From Chiloscyllium plagiosum (lineage: Eukaryota): a stretch of 64,000 bases of DNA. A program made the position numbers and the translations under genes. Position 1 is the first letter of the stretch. Every line of letters begins with the position of its first letter. Where the stretch lies: contig NC_057752.1 of the NCBI RefSeq assembly GCF_004010195.1, positions 9,631,350 to 9,695,349 of the forward strand, read 5' to 3'. Of this stretch, positions 11,929-24,690 are shown in pieces. The notes beneath the pieces are model-generated. The model ran no database searches, was not told the DNA's origin, and worked only from the letters and a program-made list of their open reading frames with translations.

Positions 11929-11966
11929 AGTTAACGTTTCGGTTCCAGTGACCCTTCCTCAGAACT
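11929..11966 (-). ncRNA. Minimal type I hammerhead ribozyme motif with intact core and stem I
   Basis: AGUU-CUGAGGA-A-GGGUC/ACUG/GAACC-GAAA-CG-UU-AACU. Confidence 0.75.
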
Positions 11967-12475
11967 GATGGCAGCGAGGAAAATGTTGCCTTTTATGCTG
12001 AAGATAGGGCTGGGGGATGGCGCTAAGGGGTAAATGATGGGTGGAGATAGAGCCCAAAGAGAGAGAAGAACAATTGGGCAGACAAAGGAGTGGATAACAA
12101 TCAGGCTGGGAGGTTTAATAGCCGAAGGGCCTGTACTGCAACTTTCTATGTTCTATTAATGGGGACTATTAGTGGCTGACACTAGGTTGTGTGTAATAGC
12201 AGACCATGTGATAACAAGGCGTGGTGTGTAGGGGCTGGGGGAAGGACATGGGAGAAGGTGCCACAACCCCTAAAATTGCCAAACTCGATATTGACCCAGA
12301 AGGCTGGAGAGTTCCTAAGTGGAAAATGAGGTGCTGTTCTTCCAGCTTTCACTGAGCTTCACTGGAGCACTGCAGCAAGCCTGAGATAGAGATGTTAGTC
12401 AGGGAACAGGGTGGTGTGTTAAAGTGGCAGGCAACTGGAAGCTCAGGGTCTTTTTTGCAGGCAGAAGGTAGGTGT

Positions 12476-12772
12476 TTTAGACTAGATTACTTACAGTATG
12501 GCTCAACAAGTCCACACCGACCCTCCAAAGAGCAACCCACCCAGACCCATTCCCCTACATTTACCCCTTCACCTAACACGACAGGCAATTTAGCATGGCC
12601 AATTCACCTAACCTGCACATTTTTGGACTGTGGGAGGAAACCGGAGCACCCAGAGGAAACCCACGCAGACACAGAGAGAATGTGCAAACTCCACACAGAC
12701 AGTTGCCTGAGGCGGGAATTGAACCCAGGTCTCTGGCGCTGTGAGGCAGCAGTGCTAACCACCGTGCCGCCC
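12476..12772 (-). mobile_element. HE1-type V-SINE nested in the Penelope element
   Basis: Same head and core as the other copies; Penelope sequence resumes on both sides. Confidence 0.85.
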
Positions 12773-13536
12773 ATATTCTGTGAAGCCGTCACCCAGTCAG
12801 CATTTTGTCTCCCCAATTTACAGGAGACCACATTGTGAGCAGCAAACGCAGTAGACAAGATTGTGAGAAGTGCAGGTAAAGTGCTGTTTCACCTGGAAGG
12901 TATGTTTGGGGCCCTTGGATAGTGAGGATGGGCAGAGGAAAATGGGCAGGTTTACACCTTTGGCAGTTGTAGGAGAAGGTCCCGGGGGTGGGGGGGGGGG
13001 GGGGGGTGGGAGTTGGTGAAGGAGGAGTGGACCAGGCTGTCCCGGAGAGAACAGTCCTCACAGAAGGCTGACAAGAGAGAGGTGGGGAATATATGTGTCT
13101 GGTGGTGACATCTCATTGGCAGGAATGATGGCTAATGATCCTCTGGATGTGGATGCTAGTGGGATGGTAGGTAAGGACAAGGGGAACACTATCACTGTTG
13201 TAGGAGGGAAGAGATGGGGTGCAGGAGATGGGTTGGACACGGCTGAGGGCCCTGTCAATAACAGTGTTGGAGAAGCCTCGGTTCAGGAAGAAGGTGGACA
13301 TTTCAGAGGCTCCCTTGTCAAAATTGGCCTCGTCAGGGCAGATGCGATGGAGATGGAGGAACTGGGAGAGTGGAATAGAGTCTTTACAGGAAGCAGGGTG
13401 TGAGGCTGTACAGTCACGGTAACTGTGGGAGTCAGTGGTGGATATTGGTGGCCAGCCTATCCCCAGAAATAGAAACAGAGATGTCGAGGAAGGGAAGGGA
13501 GGAGTCAGGGATGGAATTTCAATTTTAATTTCAAAC

Positions 13537-13598
13537 CTTTTGCTTCAACTTATTCAGCAAGGCCTTCAGCTTCTGCTTCTCTTTTTCATTCAGAATAG
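13537..13598 (-). CDS. BAZ2A: Coiled-coil exon (AILNEKEKQKLKALLNKLKQK), 62 nt, phase 1-0
   Basis: Acceptor poly-T-ccag, donor AG|GTTTGA. Resembles the BAZ2A LNEEDKAK...MRQK segment. Confidence 0.85.
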
Positions 13599-13739
13599 CT
13601 GGAAAAAAAAAATATCAAAAAGAGAATTGCATTAATCAGCTTTCAAGTATACTGCATCCAATCTAACTGGAAAATGAAGGGAGTGGGAGAGTTGGGGGCT
13701 GGCATGGAATGGGTATAATGTGTTCAGCTACCTGTTTAT

Positions 13740-14013
13740 AGACTCTTAGAAAGAGGCTACTCAGCCCATCAAGTCTATACAGACTCTCCGAAGAGCATCG
13801 CACCCAGATCCAGACCCCCACTACACTATACTTGTAACCCTGCATTTCCCATGGCTGATCCACCTAGCCAACACATCTTTGAACTGTGGGAAGAAACCAG
13901 AGCGCACAGGAAGAATGTGCAAACTCCACACAGACAGCCGCCCAAGGCTGGAATCGAACCTGGGTCCCTGGTGCTGTGAGGCAGCAGTGCTAACCACTGA
14001 GCCACTGCGCTGC
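13740..14013 (-). mobile_element. HE1-type V-SINE, diverged
   Basis: Head and V-core recognisable, with internal deletions. Confidence 0.8.
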
Positions 14014-15539
14014 CATTCATCCACCTGCATGAATCCGATAGCAGGTGGCTGATCTGTTTTAGGCCCTTACTGTGCAGAATCTCTGATTCATGTGACAAAT
14101 GCCACTTTTTGATATGTGAGGGGTGGGGGAGGCGTAAGAGAGGTAGCTCTAGTTAAACTGTTACGGGTCAGCACCTCTCGCTGACTGAGGAGACTGGGCA
14201 TACAACCTCCTCTTTGGCTTCTAACAATGCCGTCCCGTGACCAGCCTTTAAAATGTGAGTGTGAGTGAGCTCCAACCAATGACACCTCCCTCTGGGCAAG
14301 CATGGGACCTTAATTGCCCTGCTCAGATAATAAGCAATCAGGAAGCATTCGAATGCAATAAAATGTGGGCAATCTTTCAGCAAAGTCAAACCAGAATTTA
14401 TAATCGCCTTAATTATAAGTAATCTGTTTCTTGGGCTTCCTTGTGAAATATGGAGCAAACTGTGGAAGGATCCATTACCAAGAATTCCCAAGGGAGGCTT
14501 TCAACACTCAATACAGTTTCAACCTTATCCTAGTACATGCGCAGAAACCTTGGAGAATCAGTCCTGTTATCATATTTTAAAGTGCCCGCTTGCTGGATGT
14601 TTATTGGTTTGCCTGCAAGATGACACATCACGTCAGAACATTGAGCACTATTGATGGGAACATTGTTATATCAGCTTCCTTACACGGTCAGCCGTGTATT
14701 TGAAGTGTGGAAAGTGACACCTGGCCTGTCTCGATAGGAGACACTGTACCTGGGCCATACTGTATATCTGGCAAAAACAACAGACACAATTGATCAGAAT
14801 CTTTTCCAACGTTAAGACTGAAAAAACATGCTTCTATTCACACAAATAAAAATTGCCTCACATTTAAGCTTTAAGTAAACATAAGTAGTTCTTAAATTAA
14901 AGGAACAGTTACAAATCTTATCAGTTGGACACCCAGTCAGGTCCTCATCTTTGCATCGGTTCCAAGGTTGAGCCATGTGGAAGGTGACGTCTCAGTGAAC
15001 AGCTTTCCTCCTCCCTCTCCCCTCCCCTGCATTCTCTACTGAAATCAATGGGCCGCAAAGATCACTGTGAACTAAGGCTGGGCAGCAAAGCATCCAGTTA
15101 CAGTCCCATCCAGGCTTACTATTGGTGCGAAATGGCAGCTCTGGTTAAGAAACCAGCAAAAATATTCTTTTCAAAACAAAAACGAGGCGAACAGCAGATT
15201 TCAACTGCATATTTGCTGACAGTTTGAGCTAACATTTAAATTACAAACAGAGGTAAGCCACTTCAGCCCTTCAAGCATGCTCTGCCTTCAGTAAGATCAT
15301 GGCTGATCCAATTCCTCCGCATTCCACCTACCCCCCCATTAATTTTTGCCCCCATGCTTAGCAAGAGTCTATCCACTTCTGTCTTACAAGATATTCAGAA
15401 TTCTGTTTCCACCACCTTTTGAGGGAGAGAAGTCCAAATACTCACAACCCTTTGTGATTAAATATTTCTCCTTATCAATGTCTTAAATGGGTGAACCCAC
15501 CCCCCCCCCCCAATATTTTTAAACAGTGACCTTTCAGAA

Positions 15540-15935
15540 CCTCGAGGCATCCCACAGCACTTTACAACAAGGTTTTTTTTGAAGTGTCCTTACTGCTGTA
15601 ACATTTAAAATGTGGCAGACATCCAAAAAGAAAATCTTCCACAAACAGCAATGCGATAATGCTCTAGTGGTGTGAATTGAGGGATAAATATTGGGCAGGA
15701 CACTGGGGAGAATTCCCCTGCTCTTCAACAAATAATTACACCAAATCTTCTTACATCCACCTAAGAGGATAGATAGCATCTTGATTTATCATCTGATCTG
15801 AAAGGTGGCGACTCAAACAGTGCAACACTGCCTCAGCACTGCACTGGGAGTATCAGCTTGGATTTTGTGTTCAACTCTCTGGAGTGGAATTTGAACCCAC
15901 AACCTTCAGCCTCAAAGGTGAGAGCAACCATTGAT
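15540..15935 (-). mobile_element. Deu-domain SINE (SacSINE1/AmnSINE1-like)
   Basis: Minus strand reads gggttcaaattccactccag...gctgatactcccagtgcagtgctgaggcagtgttgcactg, resembling the Deu core. Confidence 0.65.
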
Positions 15936-16009
15936 TTGCCAGTCACTTAATCAGGGAACAAGCTGAGCAAATGCAAACAGCCAACCCAAGCCTGTTGAAG
16001 TGTCAGCAA

Positions 16010-16390
16010 TGGCTTCATTGATAAAGCTCTTGCCTGAGTCACCAGGTTCTGGTTTCCAAGTACCAATCCACCCATAAAAACCCAGGCTGAAATGCCAGTG
16101 CAGTCTTGCACAGTCGCAGGTGGAGGCATCTGAATGATACATTGAACTGAGGCCCCAGCTGCCTACTCAGATCCCAAGACACTATTTCAAAGAAGAACGA
16201 AGGGGAATTGTTCCTAGTGTTCTGACCAATATTTTTCCCTCAACAAACATCACTGAAAACAAATTATTGCACTGCTGTTTGTGGGAGTTTGCTGTCACAT
16301 AGTCACTGTTGTAATGCAGGCAATCAGTTGAAAATATCCCATTGCTTGTGAAGTGCTTTGTAAAATGCTGTATAAGCATGAGTCATTTTT
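16010..16390 (+). mobile_element. Deu-domain SINE, diverged
   Basis: Homologous to 15540-15935 in opposite orientation. Confidence 0.6.
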
Positions 16391-17797
16391 TAATGTTTGT
16401 TTGTTTTATTGACAAGCACATCCCCAAGGACAACTCAAAGATCCTGAGGAGGTTTGACAGTATGGATGCAGAGAGGATGATTCCTCTTATGTTAGAATCG
16501 AGAACTTGAGGATACTGTTTAAAAATCAGGGGTTGCGCACTTCAAGCAGAGACGAGGTGAAATCTTTCTGATTTTGTTTTGTTTCTCTCAAAGAGTAGAG
16601 TCTTTGGAAACCTCTCCCTGAAAGGCGGTGGGAGGCGAGTCTGATTTCCTTTTGAGGGAGAGGTGCCTGCATTCTTGGTCAGCAAGAGGGTGAAAGGTCA
16701 TCAGGAATGTGAATTTAGGGTTACACAGCTCAGCAAAGATCTTATTAAATGTTGGTACAGGCTCGAGGAGCTGAACGGCCTACTCCAGCTCCTTGTTCAA
16801 ACGTTCATAGTTGGCAGGGAAGGACATTTAGCGATACTCTTGAATGGGGACTGGCTTGTGGTCCAGATACACATATTCTTTCAATCATTCAATGAATAAT
16901 CTGATATAGTATTGAACCAGGAAGCTTCAAGTCTTTGACCTATCCTGAGGATGGCAGCAACTCGCTCTGAGTTGGGGCTGGGAAAGAAAATCAGTCGGGG
17001 CCCTGGCACCCGATTGATGTTTGGTGCTTACCTATACCAATCGTTGCTATGCACGTGAAAGAACAGAGGTTGGTATCCCACCACCAAGTCATCCTTTGTT
17101 TACACATGCTCAGTACATGGGCTCTGACCTGCCAGCTCAGAGCCAGTCCCTAGAATGAGGAGACTCTCTGACACTCCTGTTTCTATCTGGCAGTCAATGA
17201 GCTCCAATCACTACAGCACATGTATCGAAGTTGGGCAATAAAGGAATCGAGCTGTGATTCACTGTCTATACTGAAATATGAAGAATGGCTGGAGAGTCAA
17301 TCGCAGCTTGAGAAGTGTACCCCGAAATGAGTCAAGCATCTTCAATAGAGAGAAAATAAAAAGGAGGGAATGGAAAGAAAAACTTGGGAGGGGGCTGGGA
17401 AGGAACAGAATCACAAAAGTGCAAAACATGCATTTTATATGGATTAATATACATGTCAAAATGAGATCTACAGAAAGAATTGTATTGCATTTAACAGACA
17501 CATTGCTACACCTGGGAGGACAAGGGCAGCGGATATATGGGAAGATCACCACCTGCACATTCCCCTCTGAGCCACGCACCACCCCGACTTGGTAATCTAT
17601 TGCTGTTCCTTCACTGTCGCTGGGTTAAAATCCCAGAACTCCTCCTCGAACAACACTGCAGGTGTATCTGCACCAAATGGACAGCAGGCAGCTCAGCACC
17701 ATACCTCCTCACAGGCAATAAATACTGGCTCAGCCAGTGGTGCCCCACACCCCTGTACAAAGTAATAAAGAAAAAGAATGAAATCAAGTTGTATCAC

Positions 17798-18008
17798 CTT
17801 GAGATTCGATTCTTTTCATGAGTTTGAACTCTGTCTTGTTGAGCAACGTCACAGTCTTGACCTTCGGTGGCCTTCCTTTGCCTCGCTTGACCTTTGGTGG
17901 TTTCTGGGCTCGTTGCTTGTTCGGATTCGGTGGCCGTCCCCGTCTGCCCATCATGGCTTTAATCCGTAAAGGGATTTCTTCCACAGTAAGCCTGCACCAC
18001 TGCTCACC
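17798..18008 (-). CDS. BAZ2A: TAM end plus two AT-hooks (GEQWCRLTVEEIP...GRRGRPP...KRGKGRPPKVK...IESQ), 211 nt, phase 0-1
   Basis: Two GRP AT-hook motifs. Acceptor atatttag, donor G|GTGATA. Confidence 0.93.
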
Positions 18009-18528
18009 CTAAATATATCAGACAAAAAAAAACCATCACTGCTTTAGATGGACACACGAAGGGACAAAACAGAGACTTTTGTCTGTGTGAGAAGTCCCAT
18101 ATAAATGCAACTCGTTAAATTGTTCCTTAAGATGTTTTCAGTAGTGGGAGATGCAGTACCAATGGGCTGGATAGGAGGTACTAGGGTATAGGATCATGCC
18201 AACTATTCCTTGCATGTTCTGTTCCCAGTCTTGACTATTGTCAGGAAAAAACAAATGTCAAGTGAAAGGTAAATGATTCAACAGGAGAGGGAGGACCAAG
18301 AGGTGAGTGAAGCACCTTGAAGTCTCCCAAGCAAAAGTAAAGACACATTCGCTGAATCATGGGTTGAGATGGCATTTTCACTCATAACACATTAAATGAC
18401 GTAGCAATTTCCTCTTTCTTCAAGAATCCTTGCTAATCTCAAATTTTGATTCAAATTGGAAGCAAGACACTAAGTGAAGCCAAATGAGATAAACAAATTT
18501 CTATTCAGGAACAGAAGCCTGTACAAAC

Positions 18529-18630
18529 CTCAGAGGAGTCCCGTGCTTCAAAAAAATCTCCCACATTCATCCTGGGACTGAAGCTGAAATGTTCCCGATT
18601 GACTTCAGTCACTGCATTTCGAACCAGGTA
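18529..18630 (-). CDS. BAZ2A: TAM/MBD exon 3 (YLVRNAVTEVNREHFSFSPRMNVGDFFEARDSSE), 102 nt, phase 0-0
   Basis: REHFSFSPRM.VGDFFE is BAZ2A-type. Acceptor tctttttccag, donor AG|GTTTGT. Confidence 0.95.
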
Positions 18631-19749
18631 CTGGAAAAAGAACAGAACTCATCTGTTTCCAACTGACAGTTCATTAACTCTATCCTAAAATGAAGGGTAA
18701 CTAGATAAATCTGAGAGGGTTAACTTTTTTTTTTTGAAACAGCCTTTTGCTGCTGCTCAATAACCATGCTGTTAGAATTTTCTTGGGAAAATAAGCACAA
18801 CATCCCTACTATCCGTACAGTGTCTAAACCCTCTGGAGCTTTAAAAGATCTTGTCGCATCATGATTTAAAGCAAGAAAGTCTGGTGATCTCACTGGGGAA
18901 GGTTGTCACCTCTGGAAAGAAATAGAAACATTTTTCCGTCACTAACAGGTTTTTATCACTCTCAATTAAAGCACATGATGGGGAAAAGCAGTCGCACAAC
19001 ATTGAACTTGTTAAAAGGACACCGTTAACTGTTAGCCACTGAATGAGAAAGCCTCTTGGGAAAGTTGGAAGCACCCCATTACTAACCCCACCCCCACCCC
19101 CCACAACCCTACGATGCTCACAGTGTTCACTCGAGGCCATAAGGAGCAACGAATACAGTGAAGATGAAAAGTCTGCAGTAGTTAGGCAATCCCACCTTCC
19201 AAGCTGAGGGAGCATAACATGGCCATGGTGAAAATATAAGAAGGTCCAATCCAGCTATTTTTGAGGACTTTGGAACAATCAAGCTCAGAGATCGGTCTCA
19301 GTCTGACTGCTAAAAATGTGGAGAACGAAACAAAAATAAGGTTGGGAACTAATTATTTGGGAAGCTTCTTATGAGAGCAGAATGATGTTCTCTGGAATGA
19401 AACTGCCTTTCAAAAAAAAAGCAACCCTCCTTGTTTGGGTCTGGTTACATGTGTGGTGATTGCTGTGTACTGCCTTCTCCAAATGGGCAGCATTCCTATC
19501 TAACCTACAGTGTGGGTTTTGGCAGGGATAACGTAGCTGCATGATCCTCTGTTACCCAGCGGACACAAACTTTCTGGCAGGAGCAACTGGATAATGATCA
19601 GGAGCATGAAGCTGAGCTGATCTCCCTCTCTCACCCAAAGGCACTGAAACCATTTGGAGCATCAAGATCCAATCAAGACACCTCTGACTGTTCGAAATTC
19701 CAGCAGAAACAGAGCTAGCTTGTCCAAACTTTCCCCATGGGATAGAACT

Positions 19750-20600
19750 AGTCATTCCAGATATTAGTCTGGTAACCTTCTCTGAAAAGCTTCCAATGCA
19801 TTTACATCCTTGCTTAAATAAATAAGGTGACCCAAACTATGCACAGTATTCCATATGCATTCTCAACAGTGTCCTGTAAAACAGCAGCATGATTTCCTTT
19901 TGTTTCAATTCCCTTTGTGATTAAATGACAGAGGTCTGTTACCTTTCCTAATTACTTGCTGTACCTGCAGACTAAGCTGTGATTCATGCACTGGGAAATC
20001 CAGATCCTTCTGTAACTCAGAGTTCTGCAACCTCTCACTATTTAGATGATGCAGTTCTTTTTTATTCTCCCTGTTAAACTGGGCAACTTCATATTTTCCT
20101 ATATTATACTCCATTTGCGTCATTTTTGCACAATTACTTCACCGACACATATCCTTCTGCAATGTCCTTATGTCCTCTTCACCACTTACCTACCAACCTT
20201 CCTATCTTTGTGACATCTGCAAATTTGGCAACCATACCTTCCAGCCCTTCATCCAAGTCATGTATATAAATTGTCAACAGTTGATGTCTCAGTTCTGATC
20301 CGTGTGGCATACCACATCTTGCCAACCTGAAAAAGACCCATTTATGCCTACTTTCTGCATCAAGTTAACCAACTAATCGTTAATCCATGCCAATATGCCA
20401 TTCCCACACTACAAGTTTTATTTCTGCAACAACCTTTGATGTGGCACTTTATCAAATCTCGAAAGGAAATCTAAATACAATACATCCACTGGTTTCCCTT
20501 TATTCATAGCACGTTACTCTTCTTAAAGAAATCCAATAGGTTGGGTCAAACATGCTTCCCCTTTCACAAAATCATGTCAACTCTGCCTGAGTACCTTGAA
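19750..20600 (-). mobile_element. Degenerate CR1 LINE RT fragment
   Basis: ORF 19905..20123 QMEYNIGKYEV...QKDL...VHESQ. Confidence 0.75.
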
Positions 20601-21180
20601 CTGGTCTAAGTGGCCTTTGGAACATTCAATTCTAGTCTATATGCAGTCCACTGACATGACTGACAGCAAGACTGGAAGAGATCTAGATGCATGTGAATGT
20701 CTTTACCACACACCAAAGAATTTCAAACTGGTAGAAAACAACTGTTCCAATACCTCACTGTGTAGCTCTGAGCCAAAAATGTGAAGCTAACTGATTTAAA
20801 ATCAACCACTGTTTCTGTTTCTGGTCACCAAACAGCAAGTCTGGCCTGTCAGCAGTCATCAGATGAGAAGTAAATTTGGGCTCAACGCGACGTAACCTCC
20901 TTCCCAGTTCCAAACGAGGTTCAAACAGTGCCACGGCACTCACTGTCTCAGCTCACAGGTGAACAATGGCACCGGGAAAGGGGTGAAGAGTGGCACTGGG
21001 AAAGGGTGAAAAGAGGGTGCCAACAGCAAGCCCACTTTCCAATCAGAAGTTAATGTCTTCCGGAGGGGAGGGATGTTATCCAGACAAAAATAAAAACCTT
21101 TATTACAGTATACCTCAAACTTATTATACACTGGAAAGCTACTCACATTGTGTAGTTATCGCTTTTTTTCTGGTAATTAC

Positions 21181-21289
21181 CTTAATAACTTCAGGGAACT
21201 GACGTAACCTCTTTCCACAGGGGGCGTAATATGTGGTTTCCCCATGCAGGCGGGTCCCAACAGTCCTGAGTCTGATCTCACGCCTCCAT
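21181..21289 (-). CDS. BAZ2A: TAM/MBD exon 2 (WRREIRLRTVGTRLHGETTYYAPCGKRLRQFPEVIK), 109 nt, phase 2-0
   Basis: MBD-like GW.RE...YY.PCGK motif. Acceptor gtttgtcag, donor AG|GTAATT. Confidence 0.95.
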
Positions 21290-22499
21290 CTGACAAACAC
21301 AATAACTTTATTATTTGGGATGCAAAAACCAAATGCAAATTTATTTTTAAAAAAGGCATCTATTTTTCTTTCCTCCTCTTTCAGTTAATGGTATGACTCT
21401 GAATCTTGAACTGAGGGGGGCTGGACAGACAGTTGAGACATTGAGTAAATTCTCTCGCGAGGTGATCGGATTGAAATATTGAAGTTTTGGAATGGGCTTG
21501 ACTGGAGAATCACTGAAAGGTTGGTTCCTCTTGGCTGCGGAATCTGGAATAAGGGGCCATTATTTAGGACTGAGAGGAAGAGAAATTTCTTCACTCAAAG
21601 GGTTGTGAATTTTTGGAATTTTCTACTCTGGAGAATAATAAATGCTCCATTATCATATTTAAGGATGAGATAAGACAGGTTTTTGATCTTGTTGGGAATC
21701 AAGAAACGCAGGGAATAGGTGGGGGAAGTGGAATTGAGACTGAAATTCAGCAATGATTTTATTCAACGTTGAATGGTAGAGCAGGCCATATGGTTTGCTC
21801 CTGCTCCTCTATTTTACAGGCTCGGACAGCTCAGGTAGGCCATTCGACCCATCATGTCTGTGTTGGCAGGTATTTTCCCTCTGTTTCTATTGGGAAATGC
21901 CTGGCCTTCACTCACAACCTCTTCAAGGCGGAGATTTGAAAAAGACACACCAGCACCAACCTCCAGAGCAACCATTTACACTGCAATAGCACCCCATCTG
22001 TGCAGAAAGAGCACTCTGAGCATTTCATAGAGCAGGGGGAAAAAAAAGCTGGACATTGGACAGAACCAGGTTAATTGAAGGGATATGCTTTTCAGGAGGC
22101 ATTTGAAAATAAGAGAGAGAGGTGGCAGGGCATGTTGTTCTCAATGATGAGGAGATAGTGCTTCAAAGAACAATCAGTAAAGTAAAATGTGAGCAGGAAA
22201 CTGGGGGAACAGTGGGTACACTTTGAAAAATTCATTTACGGGATGTGGACATCACTGACGAAGCCAGCATTTGTTGCCCATCCCTTAAGGTGGTAGTGAG
22301 ATGTCAGGGAGGGTGTTCCAGTGAAGGAATGGTGATATAGTTACAGGCCAAATGGTGTGGGGTTTGTGGGAACAAATGGATGGAGTAGATTACTGAGGTA
22401 GGTTGGGGTAAGGTCATGGGATAACTGCATGCACAAGTTGAGCGAGCATCTTAAAGTCAAAAGACCCTAGATTAGAGAGTCAGTGTAAATTAGCAAAGG

Positions 22500-24100
22500 C
22501 AGGAATTAGGGACTCCAGCAGTTTGTGCAGAGGGCTACAAGCTACAAAATTCTTATAGTTTATGAAGGGTCACAGAAGAGAAAAATGTTGAATCAATTCA
22601 GCTTATGCAGGACTTAATGTGGTTCAGGTGGTATGAGAATGCCTTAGGGCTGGAGAATGAGAGATGGGAGAACAGTATTAATGGCAGGAGACAAGGCATG
22701 GGAGAGGCACAGGAGTTTTGATGTAGTGACAATAGGGCAAAGGTAGGTTCGCGATGTTATCGAGCATGAGATTGAAGGACAAGAGAGGATTGAGGGAGAT
22801 AAAGAACTACATGGATAAGATGAATTTAATAAAGGCTGAGGTATATCGTAGGGAGGCAGACACTGAATATTGTAGTGGTAATAACGTGGGGGATAATGAC
22901 AGAGGTTAGAGTGAGATATATCAGAGAGTTCTTTTTCTGAGGTGATAGTTGAAGGAGTTTGGAAAATGCAGAGGTGTATTTAATATAAAAGACATGAGGA
23001 AATGATTGGAGTGTACAGTGTTGGTGATAGAACATCCTAAATGGCTCAAGGATACATGCTGATGGAATCAGTGTGCTGTAGCTGTCCAATGGGGACAGCG
23101 AGATTCAGGGATGAGGAAAACAAGCGTCAGATGAAGTGAGGAACGATGAGCTTAGGTCAATCTAAAATTGTTGAGAAGAAGGAGTTATTCAGTGTGAAGG
23201 CTGATGGCAGACAAGGGTATGGGGGGAGCGAACTCAGAGTTGGAGGTTGTTGTTGAGAATGTGTTGCTGGAAAAGCACAGCAGGAAAACCAATGTTTCGG
23301 GCTAGAGCCCTTCATCAGGAATCCGGTGATTTTCCTGCTCCTCAGAAGCTATCTGACCTGCTGTGCTTTTCCAGTAACACACTCTCAACTCTGATCTCCA
23401 GCATCTGCAGACTTCACTGTCTCCTCAGAGTGGGAGGTTCCTGAGGCATGTGACGGATAAGAAGAACCATGATGGAGAGGTGGACAGAGTGAAGTGTTTG
23501 AACATAAGGGAAACAGGAGAAAGGGGGAATAAGTATGACACTTCAACCACTGGTGATTTGGTGGAACATGGAACAGGAAGGAGTGGGCAGGTAGTGAATT
23601 GGGAGGATGTGAACTCACAAGAAGCAGGAATTTCTGAAGGCTGGTACAGAGAGGCAGGCCAGAGCTTTGGTAAGTGGGTAGTTGAGTGATGAGAGAAAGA
23701 GACAAAATATTGAGACTGGAGTGTGACTCAGAAGTGCAAAGAGGAAGAAGGAAGTTGGCAAAACGTTTGAGAGATTAATAAGGTACCGTGAGATAGCAAC
23801 ACAGCAGTTGAGTGGTGACTCAGGTACGTGTCAGTGTAGGTGTGGAGAAGGATACTCAGCCTTGGGCAGAGGGAAGCTGTTCTGTTCAAAGGTAGCATAA
23901 CGTGTGGGTCAAGAAACACCAGCAATAATGGTTACAAAACAATCAAAACATAGAGTTCCGGTTCGAGGAGTGGTGACAGATGGGAATGATGCTACAACTC
24001 AAACAGGAATTGAGTGAAGCCTCATGACAGGCTGGGGTAAGTTCGGAGACTGATTGGGAACAACTGCAAATGCCAAGGTTAACAAAGTTCAAAGTGAAGA
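22500..24100 (-). mobile_element. Probable highly decayed L2-like LINE
   Basis: Strongly purine-rich plus strand with faint RT-region similarity on minus; no intact motif. Confidence 0.35.
23249..23423. mobile_element. Short Penelope terminal-repeat insertion with inverted 5' part
   Basis: 16-bp TSD CTCAGAGT(T/G)GGAGGTT at 23233-23248 and 23424-23439. Inverted arms; hammerhead-like core on minus. Confidence 0.8.
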
Positions 24101-24419
24101 GTTTATACCAACCGTAAGAATAAGATCCCCATGGCTACAAAGTCCTTTGAATAGAGGCTTGAGAAAGACAAATGAAGTCCAGGGTCAGTCTGCCATTTAA
24201 TATTTGGGGGGTTGCCAAGCAATTGGGGGTGCCCTTAATTGGCCTAAAACATTGGAAGGTCCAGAATGACCTTGAGAGGTTGGACTGTGTGGAATTGACC
24301 AGAGGATTGGAAAGGGACAAGCCTCAATTCTGGTGTCAAAGGTCTGAGTGTGGCACTGGGACTTGCACAGACATTGGTTTGCAGTGGACAAGGTGAATCA
24401 GGACAGCAACACCAGCACC

Positions 24420-24690
24420 AGAAGGACAGCCGTGTCCCCTAATAGCACTAGGACAGCAGACATGCCCAGTAGTAGCACTAGGAGGACAGACATGCCCAGT
24501 AGTAGTACTAGGACAGCAAACATGCCCAGTAGTAGCACTAGGAGGACAGACATGCCCAGTAGTAGCACTAGGAGGACAGACATGCCCAGTACTAGTACTA
24601 GGTGGTCAGATATACCCAGATGTAGCACTAGGTGGTCAAATATGCCCAGTAGTAGTACTAGGTGGTCAGCCGTGCCCAGTAATAGCTGCA
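24420..24690. repeat. 27/30-bp minisatellite, about 9 units
   Basis: Unit (A)GGAGGACAGACATGCCCAGTAGTAGCACT. Confidence 0.92.

Larger units (their letters stand above)
11870..13510 (-). mobile_element. Degenerate Penelope-like element (RT C-terminus, GIY-YIG, 3' repeat), interrupted by an HE1 SINE
   Basis: Minus-strand peptides MSTFFLNRGFSNTVIDRAL, PLVLTYHP and KLEEQHLIF.LGTLQP are typical of Penelope/Neptune ORFs. Hammerhead motif at the 3' end. Confidence 0.75.

Noticed and set aside
17068..17215. Possible solo LTR remnant (also considered 14090-14330)
   Set aside because: No clear TG...CA ends with a TSD; too weak to call.
18859..19215. 118-aa minus ORF with a possible exon WLTVNG...FFPE and a strong-looking acceptor near 18912
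   Set aside because: The true TAM exon is at 18529-18630. This peptide has no BAZ2 similarity, and the alternative acceptor leads straight to a stop.
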